Shown here: positions 27,868 through 41,210 of the stretch, one piece after another | Layout of the letters: the number at the start of each line of letters is the position of its first letter | How positions within the stretch are numbered: position 1 is the stretch's first letter | Assembly: GCA_009914755.4 (NCBI GenBank) | Contig: CP086569.2 | Location: 4,896,001 to 4,960,000 of the forward strand | DNA length: 64,000 nt | DNA from: the human T2T-CHM13v2.0 reference genome, Homo sapiens | Direction of reading: 5' to 3' | The notes under the pieces: model-generated | Databases searched by the model: none | Told to the model about the DNA's origin: nothing | What the model saw: only the letters and a program-made list of their open reading frames with translations | Made by a program: the position numbers and the translations under genes

Positions 27868-29166
27868 TGGGGCAGGGCCAAGATGGCCAACTAGAAGCAG
27901 CAGAGATCGGAGGTTGCCATGGAAAAGAACCATAACAGCATGCAAATCCAGAACCGGCAAGTGAGGTATCCAGGTTCTGTCATCAGGACTGACTCGGCAG
28001 CTGGCGTGGTCCATGGAGAGGAAGGAAGAACAGTGTGGTTTGACGGCCCACCCAAGAGCCACATGAGGCAGGGGAGCCCCCAGTCCCAAGCCAAGGGAGG
28101 CAGTGAGTGAATGTGCTACCCAGCCTGGGAAACCGTGCTTTTTCACTGAACTGTGCAACCCATGAACCAGAAGATTCCACTCATGAGCCCATGCCACCAG
28201 GGCCTAAGGCCCCAACCACGGAGCTGCATAGATTCTCAAAAGCCACTCAGCACAAAATGGCTTAAGCCTGCCAGTCTTCCCGTGGGAGCGCAGCCAGCAT
28301 CACAGCTGCTGCTGTCTGCTGTCTAAGTCATTTGAGCTCCTTGTGGGAGGGGTGGCAACCAGCATTGGGACTAATAGCTGCCTAACACTAAGCTCCCAGG
28401 GCAAGGGAAGGGCAGCAGCCATCTCTATAGCTCCAGGTCATGCTTTTTCCCTGCTGGAGCCAGGGAGGCTGGATGGCTTGGTCCCAAGAGGTATCCCCCA
28501 CAGCCCAACACACCAGTTGTGGCAGACTGCGGCCAGAGCACCTCCTCAGACCTGACCCTGACCCATTCTTCCTCATTGGGCAGGGCCTCCCTGCAGGAAC
28601 TCCAACTCTAGCCCCAGGAACTCAGGAACAGAAGTCTGATCTCTCTGGGCCTGAGTTCCTAGCAGGAGGGGTGGCCTCAGTCTCTGTGGACCAGCAGACA
28701 TAGTCTTTCCTCCTGCTAGTTCTGAGAAATCTGGGAAGCCCAGATGAGTAGGATTCCCCCCAATAAAACACACTCCCTCCACCAAGAAACAGTCAAAGTG
28801 CTTTGTTAAACGGGTCCTGCTCCCCATGCCACCCAACTGGGTGAGACCCTCCAGAAGGGGTTGTCAGACACCGTATTCAGGAGGGTACATATTGGCACCA
28901 GGTCAGTGCCCCTTAGGGTCAGAGATCCCAGAGGGAGGAGCATGCACCCATCTTTGCTGTTCTCCAGCCTCCTCGAGTGACATCTCCAGGCACAGGAATG
29001 AACCAGATGAATAGGGCCTGAAGTGAACCCCCAGAAAACCCCAACTTCCCTACAGAAGAGGGACCTAACCATTGAAAGAAAAACAAACAAACAGAAAGCA
29101 ACAACAACAGCATCAACAAAACCCCATCCAAGGGTCAGCAGCCTCAAAGATCAAAACTGGACAAAC

Positions 29167-30117
29167 TCATGAAGATGAGAAAGAATCAATGAAAAAATTC
29201 TGAAAACCCAAAAGGCCAGTGTACCTCTTCTCCAAATGATCCCAACGCCTTTCCAGCAAGGGCACAGAACTGGTTGGAGGATGAGATGGACAAACTGACA
29301 GAAGTATACTTCAGAAGGCACTGAGCTAAAGGAGCATTTTCTATCCCAGTGCAAAGAAGCTAAGAACCTTCATAAAAGGTTACAGGAGCTGCTAACTAGA
29401 ATAACCAGTACAGAGAGAAACATAAATGACCTGATGGAGTTGAAAAACACAGCACAAGAACTTCGTGAAGCATACACAAGTATTGATAGCTGAATCAATG
29501 AAGCAGAAGAAAGGATATCAGAGGTTGAAGATGATCTTGCTGATATAAGATATGCAGAGAAGATTAGAAAATAAATAAAGAAATGGAACAAACAAAACCT
29601 CTGAGAAATACGGGGCAATGTAAAAACACCAAACCTACGATTGATTGGAGTACCTGAAAGAGACGGGGAGAATGAAACCAAGTTAGAAAACACACTTCGG
29701 GTTATTATCCAGGAGAACTTCCCCAACCTAGAAAGGCAGGGCAGCATTCAAATTCAGGAAATACAGAGAACACCACTAAGATACTCCATGAGAAGATCAA
29801 CCCCAGAACACATAATCATTAGATTCTCCAAGGTAGAAATGAAGGAAAAAATGTTAAGGGCAGCCAGAGAGAAAGGCCAAGTCACCTACAAAGGGAAGCC
29901 CATCATACTAACAGCAGATCTCTCAGCAGAAACCCTACAGGCCAGAAGAGAGTGGGGGCCAATATTCAACATTCTTAAAGAAAAGCATTTTCAACCCAGA
30001 ATTTCATATCCAGCCAATCTAAGCTTCATAGGCAAAGGAGAAATAAAATCTGTTCCAGACAAGCAAATACTGAAGGATTTCATCATCACTAGGCCTACCT
30101 TGCAAGAGCTCCTGTAG
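29167..30117 (+). pseudogene. L1 ORF1 (RNA-binding chaperone ORF1p) pseudogene; interrupted by stop codons; only the C-terminal 158 codons are open
   Basis: The translation of 29641..30117 ('LIGVPE.DGENETKLENTL..IIQENFPNLERQ..IQIQEIQRTP.RYS.RR.TP.HIIIRFSKVEMKEKMLRAAREKG.VTYKGKPI.LTADLSAETLQARREWGPIFNILKEK.FQPRISYPA.LSFI..GEIK...DKQ.L.DF.TTRP.L.ELL') matches ORF1p. The upstream coiled-coil part carries stops. Confidence 0.75.
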
Positions 30118-30240
30118 GAAGCACTAAATATGGAAAGGAAAAATCAGTACCAGCCACTGCAAAAACAAACCAAAATATAAAGACCAATGACACTATAAAG
30201 AAACTGCATCAATTAGTGTGCAAAATAACGAGCTAGCATC

Positions 30241-33200
30241 ATGCTGACAATATCAAATTCACCCATAACAATATTAACCTTAAAGGTAAATGGGCTAAAT
30301 GCCCCAATTAAAAGACACAGACTGGCAAATTGGATAAAGAGTCAAGACCCATCAGTGTGCTGTATTCAGGAGACCCATCCCACATGCAAAGACACACATA
30401 AGCTCAAAATAAAGGGAGGGAGGAAAATTTACCAAGCAAATGGAAAGCAACAACAACAACAAAAAGCAGGGGTTGCCATCCTAGTCTCTAACAAAACAGA
30501 CTTTAAACCACAAAAGATCAAGAAAGACAAAGAAGGGCATTACATAATAGTAAAGGATTCAATGCAACAAGAAGAGCTAACTATCCTAAATATATATGCA
30601 CCCAATACAGGAGCACCCAGATTCATAAAGCAAGTCCTTAGAGAACTACAAAGAGACTTGGACTGACACACAATAATAGTGGAAGACCTTAACACCCCAC
30701 TGTCAATATTAGACAGATCAATGAGACAGAAAATTAACAAGGATATTCAGGACTTGAACTCAGCCCTGGATTGAGTGGACATCTACAGAACTCTCCACCA
30801 AAAATCAACAGAGTATACAATTCTTCTCAGTGCCACATGGCACTTATTCTAAAATCAACCACATGATTCGAAGTAAAACACTCATCAGCAAATGCAAAAG
30901 AATTGAAATCATAACAGTCTCTCAGACCACCGTGCAATCAAATTAAAACTCAGGATTAAGAAACTCACTCAAAACTGCACAACTACATGAAAACTGAACA
31001 AACTGCTCCTGAATGACTCCTGGGAAAATAATGAAATCAAGGCAGCAATCAAGAAGTTCTTTGAAACCAGTGAGAACAAAGAGACAACATACCAGAATCT
31101 CTTGGACACAGCTAAAGTAGTGTTAAGAGGGTAATTTATAGCACTAAATGCCCACATCAGAAAGTTAGAAAGATCTCAAATCAACACCCTAACATTACAA
31201 TAAAAAGAGGCACAGAAGCAAGAATAAACAAATCCAAAAGCTAGCAGAAGACAAGAAATAATTAAGATCAGAGCAGAACTGAAGGAGATAGAGACACAAC
31301 AATCCCTCCAAAACATCAATGAATCCAGGAGCTAGTTTTTCAAAAAAAAAATTAACAAAATAGACAGACCACTAGCTAGACTAATAAAGAAGAAAAGTAT
31401 CAAATAGACACAATAAAAAATGATAAAGAGGATATCACCCCGACCACAAAGCAATACAAACTACCATCAGAGAATACTATAAATACTTCTATGCAAATAA
31501 ACTAGCAAACCGAGAAGAAATGGATAAATTCCTGGACACATACACCCTCCCAAGAGTAAACCAGGAAGAAGTAGAATCCCTGAATAAACCAATAACAAGT
31601 TCTGAAATTGAGGCAGTAATTAAAAGCTTACCAACCAAAAAAAAAGCCCAGGACCAGATAAATTCAAAACTGAATTCTACCAGAGTTACAAAGAGGAGCT
31701 GGTACCATTCCTTCTGAAACCATTCCAAACAATTGTAAAGGAGGGACTCCTCCCTAACTCATTTTATGAGGCCAACATCATCCTGATACCAAAGCCTGGC
31801 AGAGGCACAACAAAAAAAGAAAACTTCAGGCCACTATCTCTGATGAACATCAATGCAAAGATCCTCAAAAAAATACTGGCAAACCAAACCTAGCAGGACA
31901 TCAAAAAGTCTATCCACCACAATCAAGTCGGCTTCATCCCTGGGATGCAAGGCTGATTCAACATACACAAATCAACAAACATAATCCATCAAATAAATGA
32001 ACCAATGACTAAAACCACATGATTATTTCAACAGATGCAGAAAAGGCCTTTGATAAAATTCAACATTCCTTCATGATAAAAACTCTCAATAAACTAGGTA
32101 TTAATAGAACATATTTCAAAATAATAAGAGCTATTTATGACAAATACACAGCCAATATCATACTCAATGGGCAAAAGCTGGAAGCATTCCCTTTGAAAAC
32201 CAGCATAAGACAAGGATGCCCTCTCTCACCACTCCTATTCAACATGGTGTTGGAAGTTCCAGCTGGAGAAATCAGGCAAGATAAATAAATAACGGTATTC
32301 AAATAGGAAGAGAGAAAGTCAACTTGTCTCTGTTTGCAGACAACATGATTCTATATTTAGAAAACACCATCGTCTCAGCCCCAAAACTACTTAAGCTGGT
32401 AAGCAATTTCAGCAAAGTCTCAGGATACAAAATCAATGTGCAAAAATCACAAGCATTCCTATACACCAACAACAGACAAGCAGAGAGCCAAATCATGAAT
32501 GAACTCCCATTCACAATTGCTATGAAGAGAATAAAACACCTAGGAATGCAGCTAACAAGGGATATGAAGGATCTCTTCAAGGAGAACTGCAAACCATTGC
32601 TCGAGAAATAACAGAGGACACAAACAAAAGGAAAAACATTCCAGACTCATAGATAGGAAGAATCAATATCGTGAAAACGGCCATACTGCCCAAAGTAATC
32701 TATAGATTCAATTCTGTTCCCATTAAACTACCATTGACATTCTTTACAAAATTAGCAAAAACTACTTTAAATTTCATATGGAACCAAAAAAGAGCCCTTA
32801 TAGCCAAGACAATCTTAAGCAAAAACAAACAAACAAAAAACAAAAAACAAAAAAAACAAAGCTGGAGGCATCATGCTACCTGACTTCAAACTATACTACA
32901 AGGCTACAATAAGCAAAACTTCGTGGTACTGACATACAATGGAATAGAATAGAGACCTCAGAAATACCACCACACATCTACAACCATCTGATCTTTGATG
33001 AACCTGACAAAAATAGGAATTGGGAAAAGGATTCCCTATTTAACAAATGGTGCTGGGAAAACTGGCTAGCCATATGCAGAAAAGTCTTGATTAAAGACTT
33101 AAATATAAAACTCAAAATCATAAAAAACCCAAAAAGAAATCTTAGGCAATACCATTCAGGACATAGGCATGGGCAAGGACTTCATGATGAAAACGCCAAA

Positions 33201-34015
33201 AGCAATTGCAACAAAAGCCAAAATTGACAAATGGGATCTAATTAAGCTAAAGAGCTTCTGCACAGCAAAAAAAAAACTATCATCAGAGTGAACAGGCAAC
33301 CCATTGAATGGGAGAAAATTTCTGCAATCTACCCATCTGACAAAGGTCTAATATCCAGAATCTGCAAGGGACTCACACAAATTTACAAGAAAAAAACCAA
33401 ACAACCCCATCAAAAAGTGGACAAAGGATATGAATCTGCAAGGAACTCACACATATTTACAAGAAAAAAAAACAAACAACCCCATCAAAAAGTGGACAAA
33501 AGATATGAACAGACACTTCTCAAAAGAAGACATTTATGCAGCCAACAACCTTATGAAAAAAAGATCAACATTGCTGATTGTTAGAGAAATACAAATCAAA
33601 ACCACAATGAAATACCATCTCACACCAGTCAGAATGGCGATTATTAAACAGTCAACAAACAATAGATGCTGGAGGCTGTGGAGAAATAGGAATGCTTTGA
33701 CACTGTTGGTGGGAATGTAAATTAGTTCAACCATTGTGTAAGACAGTGTGGCGATTCTTCAAGGATCTAGATCTAGAAATACCATTTGATCCAGCAATCC
33801 CAATACTGGGTATATACCCAAAGGAATATAAATCATTCTACTATAAAGACACAAGCACACATATGTTTATTGCAGCACTGTTTACAATAGCAAAGACATG
33901 GAACCAACCAAAATGCCCATTGATGATAGACTGGATAAAGAAAATGTGGTACATATACACCATGGAATGCTATGCAACCATAAAAAAGAAGGAGCTCATG
34001 CAGGAATATAGATGA
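30241..34015 (+). pseudogene. L1 ORF2 (endonuclease plus reverse transcriptase) pseudogene; broken into 8 or more short open segments
   Basis: Open segments 30241..30666, 31520..31717, 32019..32288, 32324..32611, 32671..32883, 33288..33584, 33430..33720 and 33734..34015 each match successive ORF2 regions. The frame shifts between segments. Confidence 0.8.
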
Positions 34016-34329
34016 AGCTGGGGGCCATTACTTTAGCAAACTAATACAGGAACAGCAAACCAAATATCGTGTGTTCTCACCTGTAAGTGAGAGCTAAACA
34101 AGGAGAACTTCTGGACACATAGAGGGGAACAAGAGACACTGGGGCCTACTGGAAGGTGGAGGGTGGGAGGAGGGAGAGGATCAGCAAAAATAACTAATAG
34201 GTACTAAGCATAATTCCCGGGTGATAAAATAATCTGTACAACAAACACCCATGACACAAGTTTACCTATATAACAAACCTCCACATGTACCTCTGAACTT
34301 AAAAGTTAAGAAAAAATCAAAAGAAGGAC

Positions 34330-34560
34330 AATGTTTTGTGATATGTGAAAATTAAGTGAAATTTCAGTGTCCATAAATGAAGTTTTATTAGAACAAAGCC
34401 ACAGCCATTCATTTATGTAATGCCTATTGCTGCTTTCACACTACAGTGGCAGGATGACTACTTGCAATAGAAACCATATGGTTCAACAATCATAAATTAT
34501 TTACTATCTGCCTTTTTACAGAAAAAAAAAGCCAACTCCTGCTGTAGATCACTCACACTG
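34330..34560. repeat. Possible fragment of an ancient L1-family 3' UTR (tentative)
   Basis: '..gaagttttattagaacaaagccacagccattcatttatgtaatgcctattgctgctttcacactacagtggcaggatgactacttgcaatagaaaccatatggttcaacaatcataaattatttactatctgcctttttacag' resembles a motif I recall from old L1 3' ends. This is from memory only and not verified. Confidence 0.3.
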
Positions 34561-35202
34561 GAGGAATGTGTGGCTAAAAGAGGGGATACATTTCCCATAA
34601 GACTCAAGGAACACTCATTATCCATTCTTAAGAGAAAATGATAGGGGTTTAACAAGTGATGTGAATGAAACAAAATAGTATCTATGGATTCCCTTTTGGA
34701 ATTTGGAGGAAGAATAATTTTCCAATTTTAGGCATTAAATCCCTGTGAGCATGTGTTTCTGAGTACTATGGTTCTTATGTCAAACATTGCATAAGGGTAG
34801 GGCACAGGTAGAAAGGAGAAAAGAAAACTTTTACTCTATTACCTGTTTTCTTCTCCATGTGTCATGTGAGAATAGAAGCTATATCTCCTTCAAGATGAAC
34901 ATAGTTATTACCTGGGGGTTCTATTCCCTGTTCCCTGATTAGAAGGTAAATGCTGGGAGGAAAATTGCTACTCTGATGCCATAAAGGGACGCTTCTAGAC
35001 TAAAAGGAAAGAATTGTATCCACTTGCAATTTAGCCTATCTTTCTTCATCTTTTGCCCTGTCTTCTTTGGGAATGTGAATGTGATGACTGTTTATTCTAC
35101 ACAATCATAAGGGATACATATTGCCATTTTAGTGGCTATGTTTTGCATTTTGTTAAGGTACACGTTTTAAATTTCTTCCTTGTGCTAAAATATCCAGTAT
35201 TT

Positions 35203-35247
35203 GTGTGTATGTGTATATATACACACACACACAGCACCCACACACAT
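35203..35247. repeat. Compound (TG)n/(TA)n/(CA)n microsatellite
   Basis: 'tgtgtgtatgtgtatatatacacacacacacagcacccacacacat'. Confidence 0.65.
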
Positions 35248-38042
35248 AGTGTATGACACATATAATGTGCCTTATTTGCATATTATATTTATGTATGAAT
35301 GTGTCTCAATGATAGTGTCATTTTTATAATAATATGATAATATATTGGTATGATCTAATAATTTAGCTTCCTTATTTCATTGGAATACAATTACCAAGGG
35401 GCTTATTGGCCTGTAAAAGAAAACTCCTAGTCGGGATCTAAATGCATTTACAGTAGCCAAATTTACATCTACCAGCTATCTAGACGTCAAATAATATAGA
35501 ACATAGGGGGCCGAAGCAATTTTTACTGATTGTTTCTTAACTGAAGGATAGGACATATGCAGAACAGTTAAATAGCCCTAGGGTCCATGTTTATTATGGC
35601 CAAGAAAGAGAAACGGTAGTCATAAATTAAGTTTATTACATCTTATATATAGCATAGCAAGAGAAGCATGAAAGTAATACCGTATCACTCTCCTTTTCAC
35701 CAATGCATGAATATTAGATTTATGAATTATGCTTAGTAGTTAGTCCATGCATAAAAAAGCATTATAAAATACATATAATATTGCAATATAGCTGCAAAAA
35801 TATAGTTAAGTATCTGAAATTCACTTATATAAACAAAACTATAATAATCCAGTGGGAACTGACTTAATATTCAATGTTTCAGCCAGGACACGAGATCTAA
35901 GTTATTGTTACAAATGTGTACATGACCATTGTCATGTCATTGAATTGCAAGAAAATTCAATTTATTATGTCATTTTCTTTCCATCTGAATTAGGCATATT
36001 TTATATTTGATGTTTTCTTGCTAAAAAGCATTTATAGGCTTTCTCCATTTGACTTTATTTTCTTTCTTTCAATTTGTCATAGATGAGTCCATACTGTGAA
36101 CTTTTTAATTAAATTTTTTAATGATGCTTGTCCCAGCTTTCTAAATATCTAATCTTACCCTTAAGAGTTTAACTTACCATTTAAGTTTAGAGTTTTCTAA
36201 ATATTATTATTTAATTGTCTTATAGTGGCAAGTGTAATGCTCCCTGCATAGTCAGTGTCATCAAAAGCTTATTAACTAAGAGAAACAAAGGTAAGTGTTA
36301 AAATTTAAAGATCACACAGTGAGGGAAGTCTTGGAAAATTGGCAGAAACCTCTCCAAAGTATATCTGTGGGTAATATTACATACTTCATATTCTGTAAGA
36401 TGGTGACAGTAAGGATTAGGACAGATTTGAAGGTTTGATCCTTATTTATAAGCTTCTTGCTTGTGAATAGAAGTCAGACCTACAATTTATTAACTTACCT
36501 TCTTCACTATTTCTACACTGGTCCAAGTCACCATTATCTTTCACCTGAATTATTCCAATAGTCTCTATAATTGTCTCCTGTTTTCACATCTTCTTTATCA
36601 CACTGTCTTCTCAATATAGCTGGGAGAGGTTCTATTAAAGGAAGTCAGCTAATTCCTCTTTTCAAATCTCCAAAGTCTGCTTCTCATTTAGAGTAAAACC
36701 CAAGGTCCTTACAGTGGTCTACAAGGCCCTACGAGATCTTCCTTCAGGTCTACCATTTCTTTTCCTACTACTTTCTCCCTCACTCAAACTAGCTTCTTTG
36801 CTCTTCTCTATGAATTGCCATTTATAAGTGATTATCACATTTCATTTTTAAAATACCATGAAGCCCAGATACTCATGAATTACTCTCTACTTGTTTGCCC
36901 TCTGAATACTTTCTCTAGGACTCACCAGGTACAAACATTGGTACAAAGGAGGCCAAAAACACAGCAATAACAGAAACAGCAAAGACAAGCTCTCTTTGTT
37001 CTCCTTCTGAGATTTTTTGCTAAAACTGCAAATTGTGCCAGGTTGGAAGGAAGAATCAATGACCCATCATGAGCAATGTACACACACTCTTGGTTTTGCC
37101 ATTTTCTTGTCTTTTTGTTGGGCCAGAAGGATACCATTGAAAATTACTGCTTCAGTGCTTTAAAGAGTTAATGTAGCTTCCAGAAAGGCTTATTACACTC
37201 CCCAGGAGTAGCTTATGCATTATGAGAATGTGACTCAGTTTGTTGGCAAAATGCACATCTGCTACAGGACAGGGACAACTGCTGATTAAAGGAGACTTCA
37301 GTGGCCCTAGTCTTTAAGAGCAAGTTGACTGATGGCAAAGTTTTCGAAGATTATATCTAAAGTCCAGTGTCCCTTTTATCACCACCTCCCGTGGGTAATG
37401 ATTGAACATAATTAGCATTATTTTATATGCTCGAATCCTTCTCCCATTACTGTTAACTGTCTTTCTATCGCAGTTTATTGGATTGCCACTGAACTCAATT
37501 TCACTTTGGGCATTCAAGTGAGGCTGAAATTTCTCCCTCTTTCTAGTTAAAATATGTGACATCATCAGAAGTTGGAGGAAATCAGGCATTTATAATGAAT
37601 ATGAGATTGTAGAGCTCCCAATGTAATTAAGATTCTTTTGTCAAAATTTATCTAAATTCACCAGATATGAAAGACTACCACACACACTTCCTTTAGTTTA
37701 CCAATATAATCCTAGTACAGGTGAGTTGTTGTTTAGGCTTATAGTAGCATATGCTGTTTTAGGAAACTTTTTGCAAAGAAATGGGGGAGAGGGAGTACAT
37801 TTCAAAATTGTTTTGAACATTAGGTAGTACAAAATATTTCTAAAAATAAAGAGAAGCTTTTTGGATTTTAGAAATGTTGCTTAATGAACATTGCATTTGA
37901 ACATAATTTTTCATAATTTAAAACCTTATTATATCACCTATTACATAAAGAGAAATCTTAATTGATTTGTCCATTTCAGATGGGGGTGTTGATTGATATT
38001 AGAAATTCAGGCCAATAAGACGCAAAGAGAAACAATAAGTAG

Positions 38043-38383
<341 letters not shown>

Positions 38384-40951
38384 TGAGTGGTTTTACAATA
38401 TTATAATATTTTCTGGTTGGGCAAAGATTTTTTATTTTAGTTTTTTTTTAATTTTTAATTTTTGTGGGTATATATTAGGTATATATATTTATGAGGTAGA
38501 TGAGATACTTTGATACAGGTGTGCAATGCATAATAATTACATCAAAATAGGGCATCTATCCCCTCAAGCACTTATGCTTTGTGTTACAAACAATCCAGTT
38601 TCACTTTACGTTATTTTAAAATGTACTATTTAATTATTATTGACTATAGTCACCCTGCTGTGCTAGAAAATACTAGGTCTTATTCATTCTTTCTATTTTA
38701 TTTTTTACCCATTACCCATCCCCATCTCCCCCAACCCTCGAACTACTCTCCCCAGCCTCTGGTAACCATCTGTCTACTCTCAATGTCCATGAGTTCAATT
38801 GTTTTCATTTATAGATCCCACAAAGAAGTGAAAACATGAAAAGTTTGTCTTTCTGTGCCTGGCTTATTTCACTTAACCCAATGATCTTCATTTCCATCCA
38901 TGCTGTTGCAAATGACAGGATCTCAGCCTTTCTATGATTGAATATCATTGTGTATATGTATGACTTTCTTTTATCCATTCGTCTGTTGATGGACACTTAG
39001 ATTGCTTTCAAGTCTTGGCTATGGTGAACAGTGCTGCAACAAACATGGGGGTGCAGATATCACTTCATTATACTGGTTTCCTTTCTTTGGGGTATATATG
39101 CAGCAGTGGGATGGCGGGATTGTATGGTAGCTTTATATCTAGTTTTTTGAGGAACCTCCAAACTTTTCTCCATAGTGATTGTACTAATTTACATTCCCAC
39201 TAACAGGGTACAAGAGTTCCCTATACTCCACATCCTAACCAACATTTGTTATTGCCTGACTTTAGATATTTCATTTTAATTGGGGTGACATTATATCTCA
39301 TTGTAGTTTTGATTTACATTTGTCTAACAATCAACGTTGAGCAACTTTTCATATACCTGTTTGCTATTTATATTTCTGGTTTTTAGAAATATCTATTGAA
39401 ATCTTTTGCCCATTTTTAATCAGATTATTAGATTTTTTTTCCTATAGAGTTGTTTAACCTCCTCATATGTTCTGGTTATTAATCCTTTATCAGATGTGTA
39501 GCTTTTAAATATTTTCTCCCATTCTGTGTGATGTCTCTTCACTTGGCAAAATGTTTTCTTTGCTGCATAGAAGCTTTTTAACTTGATATGATGCCATTTG
39601 TCCATTTTTGCTTTGGTTGCCTTGGCTTGTAGGGTATGACTCAAGAAATTTTTGCCCAGACCAATGTCCTGGAGCATATCTTCAATGTTTTCTTGTGTTC
39701 ATTTCATAATTTCATGTCTTAGATTTAAGCCTAATTCATTGTGATTTGACTTTTTTGTATATGGTGAGAGACAGGGATCTAGTTTCATTCTTCTGCACAT
39801 GGATATCCAGTTTTCCCAACATCAGTTACTGAAGCGACTGTCTTTGCCCCAGAGTATGTTCTTGGCACCTTTGTTGAAAACGAGTTCACTGTAGGTGTAT
39901 GGATTTATTTCTCGGTTCTCTATTCTGTTCCACTGATCTATGTGTCTGTTTTTAATGTCAGTGCATGCCATTTTTGTTACTATAGCTTTGTAGTAAAATT
40001 TAAAGTCATGTAATGTTATTCCTCCGGTTTTATTCTTTTTTCTCAAGATAGCTTTGTTTACTCTGGGTGTTTGGTGTTCGCATATAAATTTTAAGATTTT
40101 TAAAAATTATTTCTGTGAAGAATGTCATTGGTATTCTTTTAGGGATTTCGTTGAATCTGGAGATTGCATTGAGTAGTGTGGCCATTTTAACAATATTCGT
40201 TCTTCCAATTCATTAACATGGAATGTCTTTCCATTTTTGTGTCCTCTACAGTTTTTTCCAGCACTGTTTTATAATGTTCATTGTCTTGATTTTTCAGTTC
40301 TTCGGTTAGGTTAATTCCTCGGTATTCACTTTTATTTGTGGCTATTGTAAATGGGCTTACTTTTTTTTCCTTTTTACATTGGTCACTGCTAGCATATAGA
40401 AATGCTACTGATTTTTCCATGTTTATTTTCTATCCTGCAATTTTACTAAATTTGTTTACCAGTTGTACGAGTGTTCTTGTGGGGTCCTTAGGTTTTTCCA
40501 AGTATAAGATCATATCATCAGCAAACCAAGATAATTTTACTTCTTCCTTTCCAATTTGGATGCCCTTTATTTCTTTCTCTTGTTTAATTGCCCTAGCTAG
40601 GACTTTCAGTGCTATGTTGAATAACAATGGTTAAAGTGGGTATCCTTGTTGTGTTCCAGATGTTGGAGGAAAGGCTTTCAGTTTTTTTCCCATTCAGTAT
40701 GATACTCAATGTGGGCCTGTTGTATATGCCTTTTATTATATTGAGGTATGTTTCTTCTATCTCTAGTTTTTTCAGGGTTTTTATCATGAAGGGATGTTGA
40801 ATTTTATCAAATACTTTTCTGGGATCAGTTGAAATGATCATATAGTTTTGTCCTTCATTCTGTTGCTATGATGTACCACATCAATTGATTTGCATATGTT
40901 GAATAATTCTTGAATCCCTATGATAAATCCCACTTGACCATGATAAATGAT

Positions 40952-41210
40952 TTTTTTTTTTGAGGCTAATGCAATGACGGCTCACTGCTGTCTCAACTTC
41001 CTGGGCTCATGTGATTCTCCCATCTCAGCCTCCCAAGGAACTGGGACTACAGGTGTTCGCCACCATGCCTGGCTACATTTTTGTAGCTATAGGGTTTCTC
41101 CATGTTGCCCAGGCTGGTCTTGAACTCCTGGGCTCAAGCGATCTGCTCACCTCAGCCTCCCAAAGTACTGGGATTTTAGGCATAAGTCACTGGGCCCAGC
41201 AAATGATCAG
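40952..41210 (-). mobile_element. Truncated old Alu (AluJ-like, about 260 bp) nested in the second old L1; TSD 'aaatga'
   Basis: 'tttttttttttgaggctaatgcaatgacggctcactgctgtctcaacttcctgggctcatgtgattctcccatctcagcctcccaaggaactgggactacaggtgttcgccaccatgcctggc...ctgggctcaagcgatctgctcacctcagcctcccaaagtactgggattttaggcataagtcactgggcccagc'. Confidence 0.8.

Larger units (their letters stand above)
27868..34325 (+). mobile_element. Full-length LINE-1 (L1PA family, about 6.46 kb): 5' UTR about 1.3 kb, ORF1, ORF2, 3' UTR and A-rich tail; both ORFs inactivated
   Basis: The 5' end is 'ggggcagggccaagatggccaactagaagcagc'. ORF1 C-terminus is at 29641..30117. ORF2 begins at 30241 (EN 'LTLKVNGLNAPIKRHRLANWIKSQDPSVCCIQETH'). 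RT motifs at 32019..32288 ('[26 protein letters not shown]'). C-terminal domain at 33430..34015. The 3' UTR is '...ggaaggtggagggtgggaggagggagaggatcagc...ccacatgtacctctgaacttaaaagttaag' plus an A-rich tail. Numerous in-frame stops and frameshifts, for example 'gatagctga' in ORF1. I found no convincing TSD. Confidence 0.9.

Noticed and set aside
27868-29130. A GC-richer block at the 5' end of the full-length L1, read as a possible CpG island or promoter of a host gene
   Set aside because: It is the L1 5' UTR, which has its own internal promoter. CpG dinucleotides are sparse, mostly decayed to TpG/CpA, and it has no island-like CpG density.
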